This document shows, one piece after another, positions 1 to 19,960 of a stretch of 64,000 nt of DNA; the first letter of the stretch is position 1; each line of letters begins with the position of its first letter. Both the position numbers and the translations under genes were made by a program. The notes beneath the pieces were generated by a model. It was not told the DNA's origin. It ran no database searches and saw only the letters and a program-made list of their open reading frames with translations. Source of the stretch: the human T2T-CHM13v2.0 reference genome, Homo sapiens; assembly GCF_009914755.1 (NCBI RefSeq), contig NC_060946.1. One strand, written 5' to 3'.

Positions 1-223
1 AGGGTCTTGGGGGTTTTCATAGGCACATCATGGGGATGCAGCAGGCCAGGGCATTCTGGGTAAATGCAATGTTTGGGCAGGAGTGCCTATCCTCACCTAG
101 GTACATAGTGGTGGAGCTCTAGCCAGGGACCATGCCCTCCTCTACCCAGCACTTCTCTTCCCCACTCCTGTATCATTTAAAGGGACCACGCTGTTCCCTT
201 CCCAGCACTTCCCTTCCATATCA
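1..223 (-). mobile_element. ERV1 LTR fragment (LTR27/LTR28-like), cut by window edge
   Basis: Minus strand begins TGATATGGAAGGGAAGTGCTGGGAAGGGAACAGCGTGGTCCCTTTAAATGATA; clearly homologous to the LTR at 45139-46113. Confidence 0.75.
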
Positions 224-224
224 G

Positions 225-383
225 CGCTATCATTAGCTCCCTGCAGCCACAAACTCCTGGGCTCAAGTGATCCTCCTGCCTCTGCCTCCCAAGTAGCCAG
301 GACTAAAGGCATGTGTCACCATGCCTGGCTAATTTTTTTAAAAAGTTTTGTAGAGATAGGGTCTTGCTATGTTGCCCAGGCTG
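225..383 (-). mobile_element. AluJ fragment
   Basis: Reverse-complement Alu sequence (ctcctgggctcaagtgatcctcctgcctc...ttgcccaggctg). Confidence 0.9.
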
Positions 384-1039
384 AATTAACTGGACTATTG
401 TTCAGGAAACCAAAGTACCAGGCAGTACAATGCTAGATTTGAAGTCTATGAAAATAGTACCCTCTGAATCATTAAGGCGCATCTTCCTATGAGAGGTGGC
501 TTGAGCCAGACCCTGGTGGCCAGGGGCAGTGTCTGTCTGGACCTTCCCACCAACAGGCTGTGCAGCCCTGGCCAGCCCCTATTGCTCCTGTACTCTTTCC
601 TTACCTGCTAAACACACCCAAATCACAGCAGAAATCCAATTCACTTGAAGACAAGGGCTAAGCCTTTCTCATAACCAAAGGCCGTGCGCTTCCCAGAGCA
701 AAAGTCTGTATTTGTCCCCTCATGTTCTGAGCTGCCAGGCAGTAATTCTAGCCTACAGTTACTCAGTGTGACCTAAAATAACAATTACCCAAGAAATGAA
801 ATTCTGATAATTTCAAGTAGAATAAAATGGAACATATTTTAGTGAATGGATTGTAAGGAAAAGCCTAAAGATTTGGAACTGCCCATACGTGGCACTTTAA
901 AAATCTTGGGCCCTTTATTTCAGGTAATCAGTTCATAGAGTAAAAACCCATGTGACTGCCAAGACTGGTTATTAGTTCAAGCCCAAGAACACATCTTCAA
1001 AGGAAGAGAATGAATTTATCCACAGTTCTGATTGTTTTT

Positions 1040-1430
1040 TACGTTCTAAAATCACACTTATTATTAAAATATAATTCACTTAATGGTGATGGTAATTACA
1101 TCAGCCAATTCACTTAAAATGAATGCGCAAAGATGAATGCACAAAAATGCACCATTTTTCAATGAATTGGCTGATGTACTTACCGTCACCATCAAAACGC
1201 AGGGTGTTCCCCTTTCCCCGGGAAGCTTCCTTGTGCTGCAGTCTCTGTCAAATCCCTTATTCACAGACCTGGCCAAACACTGGTCACTAGAGATTAGATT
1301 TAGCTTTCAGGGTTTCACAGAAGTGGAATCATTCACTCTATGCTGCTTCTTGTCTGGTACCTTTCGCTCAGCACAATGTTTTTCAGCTTTATCTGTGTTG
1401 TTACATGTGCCAAACCTTTATTCCTTTGTC
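1040..1430 (-). mobile_element. Ancient L1 (L1ME-like) 3' UTR fragment
   Basis: Degenerate L1M 3' UTR motifs (aagtggaatcattcac, ctttcgctcagcacaatgttttt). Confidence 0.6.
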
Positions 1431-1435
1431 GTTGT

Positions 1436-2116
<681 letters not shown>

Positions 2117-2465
2117 TAACTCCTAGAACAGTGATGGAGGAGAATTATGGAATGGTCCTTCTAAGCTCCTGAATAATTAAACCAGTGAGCAGAGCCACTG
2201 TCCCATCCCGTTGGCCACACCAGACACTTGGGAATTATTTTTGGTTCCTTCTTCTACCTCTTTTCAATTCCAATAATTACCAAGTTCTATCAATTTTAAT
2301 CCCCTAATATCTCTCTAATCGATCTCTTCAGTTGCTATTTAAGTAACTCTTCATTTCTTCTCACCTGTGTTACTACAGAAATTCATTTTTCTATAGTTTT
2401 GCCTTCCATCAATCCCTTCTCCATCTTAAACCAAACTGATCTTACTGAGAGGAATGTTGTGATTT

Positions 2466-2495
2466 CCTCTCTCTCTCTCTCTCTGGAATGAATAT

Positions 2496-2527
<32 letters not shown>

Positions 2528-2534
2528 GTGTGTG

Positions 2535-2597
<63 letters not shown>

Positions 2598-2616
2598 ATA
2601 TATATGTATATATATT
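2466..2616. repeat. Compound microsatellite (TC)n-(TA)n/(TG)n with three higher-order units of about 28-30 bp
   Basis: Directly visible alternating TA and TG runs. Confidence 0.95.
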
Positions 2617-3140
2617 CCAGAACCTTTTCATCACCCTAAAGAGAAACTCTGTCCCTAAATCCCATTCCCCCTCCCCTAGCCCCTGGTAACCACCAACCAC
2701 CATCTCACTTTCGCTCTACAAATTTGATTATTCTAGGTACCCCATATAACGACTCGTACGGTATTTGTCCTTTTGTGTCTGGCTTATGTCACTTAGCCCA
2801 ATATTTTTCAGGTTTATCTATGTTGTGTCATGTGTCAGTATCAGGATTTCATCTCTTTCTGAGGCTGAATGATGCCCCACTGTGTTTATCCATTCATCTG
2901 TTGGACACCTGGGCTGCTTCTATCTCTTGCTATTGTGAAGAATGCTGCTGTGAACATGGGCGCACAAGCTTCTGTTCCAGTTCCTGCTTTAATTATCTAG
3001 GGCATACACTTAGGACTGGGATTGATGGCTCATATGGTAATTCTGTGTTCAAATTTTTGAGAAACCACCTAACTGTTTTCCACAGCGGCTGCACCATTTT
3101 GCATTCCCACAAGCAATGCGCAAAGGTTCCATTTTCTCCA
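2612..3140 (-). mobile_element. L1MB-type 3' end fragment
   Basis: ttccagaaccttttcatcacc...tttccacagcggctgcaccattttgcattcccac matches L1M 3' sequence. Confidence 0.85.
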
Positions 3141-3249
3141 AAACTGGATACAGTGAACAACAATGAAGGTTTTTGGTTTTAAACATATATACATATGTTG
3201 TTTATATGCTCTACACACATCTCTGTGTGTGTATCTTAAAATGGGTGCC

Positions 3250-3460
3250 AGTGACTCGCCATTCAGTTTTGGGCAACGTGGACTCTCGGTGCCTCAGTTT
3301 CCTCACCCCTAATGGAGGTACTGATACTGTTATCATTCTTGAAGTGATTGTGCAGTTTAAATGAGCAAATATATGTAAATGACTTAAGTGGGACCTGACA
3401 AATGCAGATGCTATAATGTAAGGATGGCTGATCTCATTATTGTTGTCATACTATTACTGA
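3250..3460 (+). mobile_element. MIR
   Basis: MIR core ctcggtgcctcagtttcctcacccctaatggagg...aaatgag...atatgtaaa. Confidence 0.75.
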
Positions 3461-4151
3461 AAATCAGTGTGAATGAAATCTCTAAACTTTGCAATCAACA
3501 CTGCTCACCTGGGTCTCCGTAGAAGCTGCAGCGAGCTGGGGCTGAGGCAGACAAGCCTGTGGACATGAGAACAGATGCATGTGCTCCTCAGACAGACAGA
3601 CAGTAGGGTGTTGTGGAAGGGGTCATCTTTAGAGGCCACATACTGTAGTCCATCTCCCTCACAGAGCAGGAAGGTGAAGCTTGCCAAGCCTGAGGGAATC
3701 CTCCAGCCCAGACATCCTATGAGGGCATTGCCAGGACTTGGGGGTAGTGCCCTCGCTCCAGGCATGTCTTTTCCCCATCCCTTGAGCAGGAAGAAGCACA
3801 GCAGACAGCAGGGTGCATGCAGAGTACCTGGCAGAATCGCCTCGGTAGTGAGAACAAGCCTGCGTGATGCTGCAGGTGCCCCTGACTGTGACTGAGCCTG
3901 GCTTCACACACCTGGGTTTCCTCATGGCTGTTTTCAGCAATTTGGTTACTGTGGTCCCAGGATGCATAGCCTCTCAAGATTCCACAGAACAGCCTGGTCC
4001 AGCATGAAGGCTACACGGTGCCTGGTGCCATCTCTCAACGTGTTTGTTAAAAGGGAAGCTTTGTGGCCTCTTCATCTAATATAGAGGGCCTTCAAATTAT
4101 AGACTTCCAAGTCCATAGCTATAGAGATTTTCATTTTAAAATATATGTATT

Positions 4152-4518
<367 letters not shown>

Positions 4519-4876
4519 TCATTCCTAATGCATCTGCTGTTTTTCCAGCTCCCCCTGAGGCCACGGGCCACACAGGCCACAGGGGCTCTGCCTGCCCAGC
4601 TGGGTCCACAGGAATTCTGCCAAGAAGGGCTTTCTTTTGCCCTTGTGGGAGCTGGTGGGTCACTTCCTGGTTTTTTTCTCATGATTATTGTTTGTGAAGT
4701 TTGAATAGAACTGACTCCTGGCTTGTTTTTTAATTATTAAAGATTTAAGAACTTTTGAAAAGATTAAAAAAGAATTTTGCTCATATTCCTGCCAGCCTTG
4801 CATAATAATTGTTTTCATTTCTATAGACTTTTTTCTGGTCTTTTCTCATGCTGACACAGATTTTACATTGTTGTAA

Positions 4877-5243
<367 letters not shown>

Positions 5244-6285
5244 ACATTATTTATTTTTGACAGCCAAATAGTAATCTGTCAGGTTAACATACTGTAATAT
5301 ATTATAGAGAAGAGACATTCCTCTCTGACTGGTATTTAATTTTACCCAAATTTTCACTATCGTGAATTTTGTTTAACTCTTCTTGGTTTTATGCAATTTG
5401 TAAAAAATCACTGTTCATAATTTGTCTTCCATGCAGTTCATGCCACAGCATTTGAGAGTGGGTGCTGCCCTCCTCCACCGTCCCTCTTCTATCAGAATTC
5501 CGCCACAAGAAATGTCCTGGCATTAACATTTTGGAAGCTGCTTTAGTGAGGGCCACTCTTGGGGCTGGACAAATGGCTACTTGAGGGTGGTATCTGCCAT
5601 GAGGTTGGTCAGGTACAGGGGCTTGGCTGGCCTGGCCTGGTGTGGACTATTCCAAGGTCACGTCATCAACAACAAGGTGGGTTAGCTATGGTGCACATAC
5701 TCCGCTACCCTAAGCAGCTGGAAACCTGGACAAAATGTCTGAATCAACTGTTTTCAGGTGTTGAGAAACAGGCCATGCAGAGCTGTGACCCCAGAGTCTA
5801 CAGAAATGAGATGGCAAGGCGCCGCAGCTGCCCTGGGTTTCTGCCTTGGTGGGGTCGGGGGTGCTTCATGCACATCAAGCAGTGCGAGTGGCTTGGCTGC
5901 ATTGAGGAGCGGAGATGGGGGGCTCTGAACAGCTGTGGTTTGTGGGCTGAGTCCTGGAGGGATGGGAACACTGCAGAGAGGGGGCTCCAGTAATCCTCAG
6001 GGTTGCCCCGAGCATTGGGAGATCCTAAGCTGTGTGTGTGCGGTGTGCAACGTCGTGGAGACAGGAAAGAACGAGTGACCAGGAGCAGAAAGGCAGCTGA
6101 GTCCAAGAGTTCACCTGTTCTGGGAGATGCTCGGGTGGCAGCCAGACTCAGTGGATGGCTCTCACTGAACTCCCGGGATGCCCTAGAGACCCCTGAAGAG
6201 CCCCACCTTAGTAGTGGAGCAAATAAGCTCTAGAGTAAGGGTGTCTTAGACCCTCCCCTGCAGAGCTTAAAACAAGGCTTCAAAG

Positions 6286-6755
6286 TGAGGTTGGAGGCGG
6301 GCCCCAATCTGGAGGCTTGGCTCATGCAAGGGACCAAATTGAGGCCTAGCTAAACAGGGAGGGGGCAGAAGCAGCTTTCCCTAAGATACACCCACCAGTG
6401 TGCCATGTCAGTTTACCATTGCCATGGCAACACCCAGAATTGACCTCTCCTTTCCATGGCAATGACCGGACAACCCAGGAGTTCCTACTGCTTCCCTAGA
6501 AATTTCTGCATAAACCACTCGTTAATCTGCATGTAATTAAAAGTAGGTATAAGTATGCCTGCAAAGCTGCCCTGAGCTGCTACTCTCTGCCTATGGGGTC
6601 CCCCTGCTCTGCAGGAGCAGTCACGGAGCTGCAACACTGCTGCTTCAGTAAAAGCTGTTTCTCCTACCACCAGCTTGCTCTTGAATTCTTTCCTGGGTGA
6701 GGCCAAGAACTCTTGAGGGCTAAGCCCCACTTTAGGGCTCATCTGCCCTGCCTCA
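6286..6755 (+). mobile_element. Solo ERV1 LTR, MER66-type
   Basis: TG...CA termini, MER66-type body (ggaccaaattgagg...ccagtgtgccatgtcagtttaccattgccatggcaac), AGTAAA signal, 4-bp TSD aaag/aaaa. Confidence 0.8.
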
Positions 6756-7521
6756 AAAAAATCAAACTAGTCTGCCAGTGACTTTGCTGCTTAACCAGGC
6801 TTGGAAGAAAAGAAAACTATAGATCAAGGTCCTTCATGAACACAAATGTGAAAATCTTCAACAAAATATTACCAAATATGACTCAGCCATGTACAAAAAG
6901 GATTATACACCATAATCAAGTAGAGTGTATCCCAGGAGTAAATGGTTAGTTCAACATTCGAAAGTCAATCAACACAATTCTTCCTATCAGCCAACTCAAG
7001 AAGGAAGCATTTATGATCGGCTCAATAGATCCAGAAACGGCATTTAACAACATCCAACACCCATGTGTGACCAAAACACAGGAAGCCGGGAATTAAAGGG
7101 AATTTCCTTAATGTGATAAAGGCATCTACAAATGCCCTACAACTAGCAGCATGCCTAAGGGTGAAAGACCGAATACTTTTCCCCTAAGGGCCAGAGCAAG
7201 GCCAGGTTGTCTGACCCCATCATTTCTATTCACCATTGTACTGGAGGTTGTAGCAAGGGCAAAAGGTGAGAAAAAGGAAAGGCATACAGATTGGAGAGGA
7301 ATAAACAAAACCATCTTTATTCCCAGATGATAGGATTTTCAGTGTAGAAAATCCGATGGAATCTACAGAAAAGCTACCGAAACTCACAAGGAAATATATC
7401 TACTAGCAAACCACTGAAAATTGAAATAAACATGTCCATTTATGACAGCACCAAAACACAAATTTGGTCATGAATCCTATAAAATATATGCAAGAGCTAC
7501 ATGCTGAAAACAATAAAACTT

Positions 7522-8001
<480 letters not shown>

Positions 8002-8873
8002 TCAAAGAATTCCTAAATAAATGGAGAGGTATATTGTGTTCTTGTGTTGGAATAGTCAATATTCCAAGGTTTACAAGATGTCAGTTCTCCCACACTGATC
8101 TAGAAATTAAACTAAGTCCCAGTGAAAATCTCTGCAGGTTTTTTGGTAGAAATCGACAAGCGGACTCTAAAATTCACAGAGAAAGGCAGGAAGCTACCAT
8201 AGACACTACTCTAGAGAAGAATATGGTTGGAGGACACACACTATCTGATTTGAAGACTTACTACAAAGCTACGGTCATACAGACATGGTGGTGTTGGAGA
8301 AGGCATAGACAGATAGATCAATGGACAGACAGGCAGGCCACAGAAATCGCCCCACATGGCTGTGGTAGATTGCCTTTTGACAGTGTGAGGCCAGTTTAGT
8401 GGAGGATGGATTGTTTCGGGATGAAGTTCTTGGTTCAGAGGGTCTGAGACTCAAGGAGGAGTTCTGGAGCCCAGAGACACCGTTTTGGGAGGTGTAGACT
8501 TAGAGTTGGAATGGAGGACGTAGGAAGATGTGAGCTTCCCCAGGGAGATGGGAAGATGGAGGAGAAAGCTGGGGTCCTGACTCTGGAATAGGAGAGAGAC
8601 AGGATTAAGAGAGGGACCTAAAGGCGGGGAAGCTCACGTCTGCACAATGGGGAACGTATCTGGGGAAGGAGCTGGCACATGCTGTCAGGTGCTTCTTTGA
8701 GCACAAGATGGCCCAGGCCGGAAAAGGGATTTCAGGGAGGTAAAGAAATGCAGAAGAATGGGAGAGCAGGGTGGAGACACAATGGTGCTGCACATCAGCC
8801 TGGTGTCACCCTCTGCTGCACATGGAGGGATGGGGGTCATGCCAACAAACAGCCATACAGTTTTCCTTCTTAG

Positions 8874-9483
<610 letters not shown>

Positions 9484-9494
9484 TCAACTCTTTA

Positions 9495-9600
9495 AAGTAA
9501 GATCTATCATCCCCATTTTACGGACAGGGGAACTGAGGCTGGGTTCCTGCCGCCAGCGAGTGGGACCCCTGGCCTTTGAGCCCCGGCCCTTCCCACCACC
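9495..9600 (-). mobile_element. MIR fragment
   Basis: tatcatccccattttacggacaggggaactgaggct core. Confidence 0.7.
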
Positions 9601-11804
9601 CTCTGCTGCTGGGGCTCAGCCCTCGGGCACGTGGTTGTGTTAATGGAGAGCCATGGCCATGACTTGGAGGGCCCGGAGAGCGTGCACATCATGCCTGCTT
9701 CCCATGATGCCCTGCGAGGTGGGCAGAGGCCGGGGGTGCTCAGGCCGAGCCCCTGCTACAGCAGATCTGAGGCACCAGCAGGGACTGGCTAGGTCCTCCC
9801 AGGCAGGCCAATGTGCCCGGGTCTTGGGCCTCTCTCTCTCACTCCTCACTGCCTCTCAGCTGCCCAGGCAGCGTCCCCTGCAGAGCAGCCCTGGAGCCTG
9901 GCCCCAGGCTGTGTTGCTGCCTCTTGCCCCCATGGGGCTGCCTCTGCAGGGAGCCTGAGTCGTTTCCTCCCTGGGCAGGTTTCAAAATGGCTAAGTCCAG
10001 TGGAGAAAAGAATGGCTCAAAGGGACCACAGGCTTGAATTTGAAAAAATAAAAATGCTCGATGCCAAAGCGTAGACGCACATTTATTTGAACGACTTACA
10101 CTTTGACCTGAAACAGTTTTTTCCAAATTGTTTTCCACAGCGGTAATCTCTTCAAAATGAACACATGTGAGGTCTTCGAATGTATGTTAAAGGCCAGTAT
10201 TTGTTTTTTTTTTTTTTTTTTTTTTTGCTTTGGAAGAACCGACCTCATCGTTTGCATGAGAACCTGATATTCTTGGTCCTCTGTACCTTTTGTAACTTCC
10301 TCTGAATGAGAGGAAATATGGTTTCCAGTTATGTTTAATTTACTTTAAACAAATCAAAGCACAGATTTCTACTTCCTGCCTGTGTAATACTTGACTGCAG
10401 GCAGCTTCAAAGGGCAGAATCACTGTTCTTGTGACTGTGCCTCTGTCGTGTTCTGTTATAAACAGTTCAAAGCTCTGCATTGTACAGGAGCGCGCGGAAC
10501 AGCATGTAGAGATCTTTTTCTCTGTAGTGGCGGCAGAGCTGTGTGTGCCCTTTTGCTTTGCCTTGTGCTGGTGGTGGATTAAGTTTAGGTTTTCATAGAA
10601 TATATATTTATGTAGAGACTCAGAGTTTATTTTTCCTGTTTTCTCCAGCACTGCTTAACTCATTCTCTGAAATGTTTATCACAAATGGCAGGTGGGGCTC
10701 AGAGGATGTCTCTATCTTTGTTCCTTGGCTTAAACTGGCAGGTTGTTGTAAAGGGCAGTGGGAGGGAAAGAAAACTAAGGGGAAACCAAATTACTTATTT
10801 AGGGCTTGATTTTCTGGCAGGTGAATTGGGCTTAGGAAACCCCACCTAGATTAGCAGCTGTTCCTGACCGGCCCCTCGCCAAAGCTGCACCCCTGGGTGG
10901 TGGTGGGGGCTTCAAATTAGGGTGTCCCAAGGGCTGGATTGTTCCAGCAAAGGTGTTCCTGGATTCCCAAAGCAAGTTCACTTGTTTTAGGAACAGTTCC
11001 CTGAGGCTCTGCAGGGGCTGCTGGGCTGCCTTGTCTCCCCAGGTCCATGACGCCAGGCCACCATCCATGCATCCTGTTGTGTGCTGGGACGGGGTGCCAG
11101 ATGCTGGCATCCAGGAACAGAGAGTGGATTGCATGAACATGGCTACCATGCAGTTGGTTCTCTGCTGCTGGGGTGCAGGCACCTGAAAGACACGGAGGAG
11201 CTAACCCAGCTGAGAAGGGTGTGTGCCAGTCAGGACCTGGGGTGCAGGACACAAACATCACACCACTGGGTTGCACAAGACTTGGAGGAGGGGCCCAGGA
11301 GGATGACATCAAGGTCTGGAGGGGGTTGCTCAACAACACACCTGGATGTGCAGTGCAGGCATGGCACCTGCCTCTGCAGCAGGGCCCAAAGACTCGATGG
11401 GGCTGCCATGTGGCCTGATGTGAGTTGGAGTGAGGCTGTGACCCCCGGGTGAAAGCTGCAGCCTGCATGCATCGATCACAAGCGAGGGCTGGCTGTGTCC
11501 TCATCCCAGGAAGGGCGGGGTGAGGGCCTCACCACAGTGTGGGCAGGGCCCACTCACGCCCTGGGAAGTGAATCAGGAGGTGGCAGCAGGCACTGGGGCT
11601 CTCTAATCTCTTGCCCGTCTTTGTCCAGTTATTGTGAGAGCTCCAATTCCCTGTTCTTATTTCTCTGAAAGTGCTGATAAGATGGGTACAGAATAAATCA
11701 AATGCAAAGTTACGTTTCCTGGCTTAGGAAGCAAAAACCTAAGTATAACCTTGGAAGTGCTCCTGGGTACTCCTTTCTTTCCCCAAGGTGATTTTTCCCT
11801 CTTA

Positions 11805-12570
<766 letters not shown>

Positions 12571-13093
12571 GCTGTCTCAGGAGCTGGCCTGAGCACTGCT
12601 GCCCTCAAGGTCACTCTAGAAGTGGAGCTTCAGTTCGGCCCCCACTTCCTGTGGCTCTATCCCTGCAGGTGTGCCCGGGATCCAGAGGTGGCCCCATGAG
12701 GCCTTGTCCGAGCAGGTCTGGCTGGACCCTTGCTCCTCTTGGAGCTGGGTAGGGCTGGGTGGGCTGCGTAGGGATGTTCAGGGCAGTGGTCACCTGTTGC
12801 CCAGCTCTGGGTGGAGCCCTGTCTGAAGACAGCTGTTCTTTTCTAAAGAAAGAAGATCTGTCAGACGTTAGTCATCTGCACCACTGTCACAGCTGACGTT
12901 GATTGAGCTCCTGTGTCCTGGGCACTGTCCCAAAAGCCCCCTGCATGCAGTTCTTGCCATTTAGTACCTTTTGTTTTGTGTTTACTGAATGGATACAGCC
13001 GGAAGCTAGCTAAATTTAACTCACGCCCTCGACTTGGGTGGAGGTGAGGAAGGGGCTTTCTGAGGCAGGGAATTGGGTGAGGGCTTTATTTTA

Positions 13094-17334
<4,241 letters not shown>

Positions 17335-17339
17335 TATTC

Positions 17340-17480
17340 TATTTTGCCCCAACCTCCACAACAACCATGAGGTGCAAAGATATTTCACCCCCATTTTGTA
17401 GACCAGAAAACAAGCAGAGAGAGGCTAACTGTAAGGGTGTGTTTTTAGATCCCAATGCCAGGAAGGGTCAGAGTGCAGGT
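17340..17480 (-). mobile_element. MIR fragment
   Basis: cacaacaaccatgaggt...ccccattttgtagac..gaaaacaagcagagagaggctaac. Confidence 0.65.
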
Positions 17481-17959
17481 TCTGCCACATTTGACATCAT
17501 GCGGTCCAGGGGGCCACTGCACCTGATGCCCGTGTCATCAGGGCTGGGATTTGGTCTCCAATGCACCTGTGTGATCAAGGCCCAGGATGTGTGCCGGGGG
17601 GTGGCTTTCCTTCCTGGGGGAATGTGACTGGCCCATACCATTTCTGGTTTAACTTTCTAGTGAATCGATTTTCATGTCTTTAGAGTTTAAACTGTGCAGG
17701 CAGCCTCAGGGAGAGCCAAGAGTTCCGTGGACAGTCTTGAAGCTTGATGGGCTCTTCTGAGTGACAGCGTGAGCGCCAGGCACGAGTCCAGACTGTGATA
17801 TGGGCTTTGACCCTCTGACCTCATTGCCTCTCTGTTTATCCGCTTTGCTTCCTCTGCAGCTGATGTCATTGTGGTTCACATTTCGCAGTAGGATGATCCC
17901 TGGGGAGTGGGTAGTGAGGGACACTTGTTGGGGAGGGCCTGTCTGGACCTAGGGACAGA

Positions 17960-18525
17960 GCTGGGATCATCAGCTGTGACCTGTTGGCCAGATCCCAGCA
18001 CCGCTCTACCCCATGGCTCAGGAGCTTACTATGTTTGTTACATTGCTAAATGGTCAGAAAGAAGGAAGAAGAAAGAAGGAGAAGAGGAGGAGGATTATTA
18101 TTCACGATTGGCCTAAGGGGCTCACACCTGTAATCTCAGCACTTTGGAAGGCTGAGGCGGTGGACTGCTTGAGGCCAACTCAATCCCCGTCTCTACAAAA
18201 AATTAAAAAATTAGCTGGGAGTGGTGGCATGAGCCTGTACTCCTAGCTACTCAGAAGGATCGCTTGAGCCCAGGAGTTGGAGGCTGCAGTGAGTTATGAT
18301 CGTAAAAAATAAAAAGATTTCATGACATGTGAAAACGATCTGAAATTCTAATTCACTGTCCATAAATGAGCTTTACTGGAACACAGTGGTGCCCATTCCT
18401 TTTGCTTTGTGTGGGCTGTTTTGCTCCCACGGCAAGGTTGAGTAGCTGGGACAGAGGCCATGTGGCCTGGAGAGCCTAACATATTTACCAACTGGCCCTT
18501 CCCACAAGACGCTTGCCAAGCCCAG
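17960..18525 (+). mobile_element. MER58B-type hAT-Charlie MITE with an internal truncated AluJ (18109-18315)
   Basis: tttcatgacatgtgaaaa...gtccataaat...tttactggaacacag...gcctaacatatttacc.actggccctt. Confidence 0.75.
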
Positions 18526-19214
18526 GCCCTGCGTTCCCTCCCTTCCTGCGATGACAAAGTCAGGTTGGTAGTCACATTTCATGGGGTTGGCACAAACCGT
18601 TGGTGCTTAATCGGAGTGGAAGAGGCTGTGCTGGGGGCCAACTGCACAACTGCACGGGTTCCAGAGAGAAGGCAGCGGCCCACATGCCATCAACTGTCCC
18701 ACACCTGTGGCTGCCAGGGCCTGCCTCCGAGGGACGCCCCCCTCCGCCCGCCGTGTGTTCATTAAGAGGGCCGGGGTCTGTGGTGGCCCCACAGGCAGCG
18801 GGCCTCTGTCCTGTGCTCAGGTGGTGCTCTTTGAAGGGTGGCAGGGCCGGGGGCTCCTCTTGTGCTGCCAGAGCTGGTCCCAGAGACCCACCTGCCCAGG
18901 GCCAGCCCGTGGGATGGCAGCCCCGTGCGTGACAGTGGCCTTCGCATAGTACCATCTGCTCCCAGTGGGGCGGTTCTAGACTTGCTCTGGGAAGCAGCCT
19001 TTCCAGATAACAGGAGACACCCCAGCCAGTCGGTGGGGAAGCAGGCCTGGGGTCGGCCACGGGGACTCTGGAGGGTCTCTTCAGGCCACGGCTGGTGTTT
19101 CCTGAGGAAGTGGGGCCGACACAGAAGGGCCAGGGCCGCGTGGTTGAGAAGTAAGGATGAGGATGATGGGGGCTGCTAAGATCCCTGGCCCCATCACTGT
19201 GCAGCTTTTCTACT

Positions 19215-19960
19215 CACTTGTGGTAACAAACGCCCAACATGACATTTATCATCATAACCATTTTTAAGCACCCAGTTCGATAACCTAAGTATATCCTAAG
19301 TATATCCTTAGTATAACCTAAGTATATCCGCGTTGTTGTGCATCCAGTCTCCAAAATCCTTTTCATCCTGCAAAACTGAAACACTGTACCCACTAAACCA
19401 CAACTCTCCTTTCTCCCTTCTTTTCAGCCCCTCCCCAGCTTACCATTCTGCTTTCTGTCTGTGAATTTGGCTATTCTAGAGAACTCATGTCAGTGGACTC
19501 ACTCCGCATTTGTCTTTCTGTGACTGACTTATTTTACTTTGCATAATATCCGCAAGGTCCATCCACGTGGCGGTGTGTGTCCGAGTTCCCTGCCTCTCCA
19601 GGCTGAGTGATGCTGCCTTCTGCGGATGTGTCATCTTTTCTTTATCCATTCATCTCCTCATGGGCACTCAGGTTCCCTCTATCTCTTCAGCATGGGTGGG
19701 CATTTGCCCCAATCCTGCTTTCGCTTCTTTTGGATCTACACCTGGAAATGGTGTGCTGGATCAGAGGCTCTTCTTACTTTTAACTTTTGAGGAGCAGCCA
19801 CACTGATTTCCATAGCAGTTGCACCATCTCACATTCCCACCATCGGCACACGAGGGTCCCACCGTCTGCACATGAGGGTCCCACCGTCTTCATTCACATC
19901 CTCACCAGCATGTGTGTGTGTGTGTTTTTTTAATAGCAGTCATCCTAGTGGGTGTGATCC
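19215..19960 (-). mobile_element. L1MB 3' end, containing a short 12-bp tandem repeat at 19279-19329
   Basis: L1M 3' UTR motifs (ttgtggtaa...accatttttaag...cagttgcaccat..acattcccacca...aatagcagtcatcctagtgggtgtga). Confidence 0.85.
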
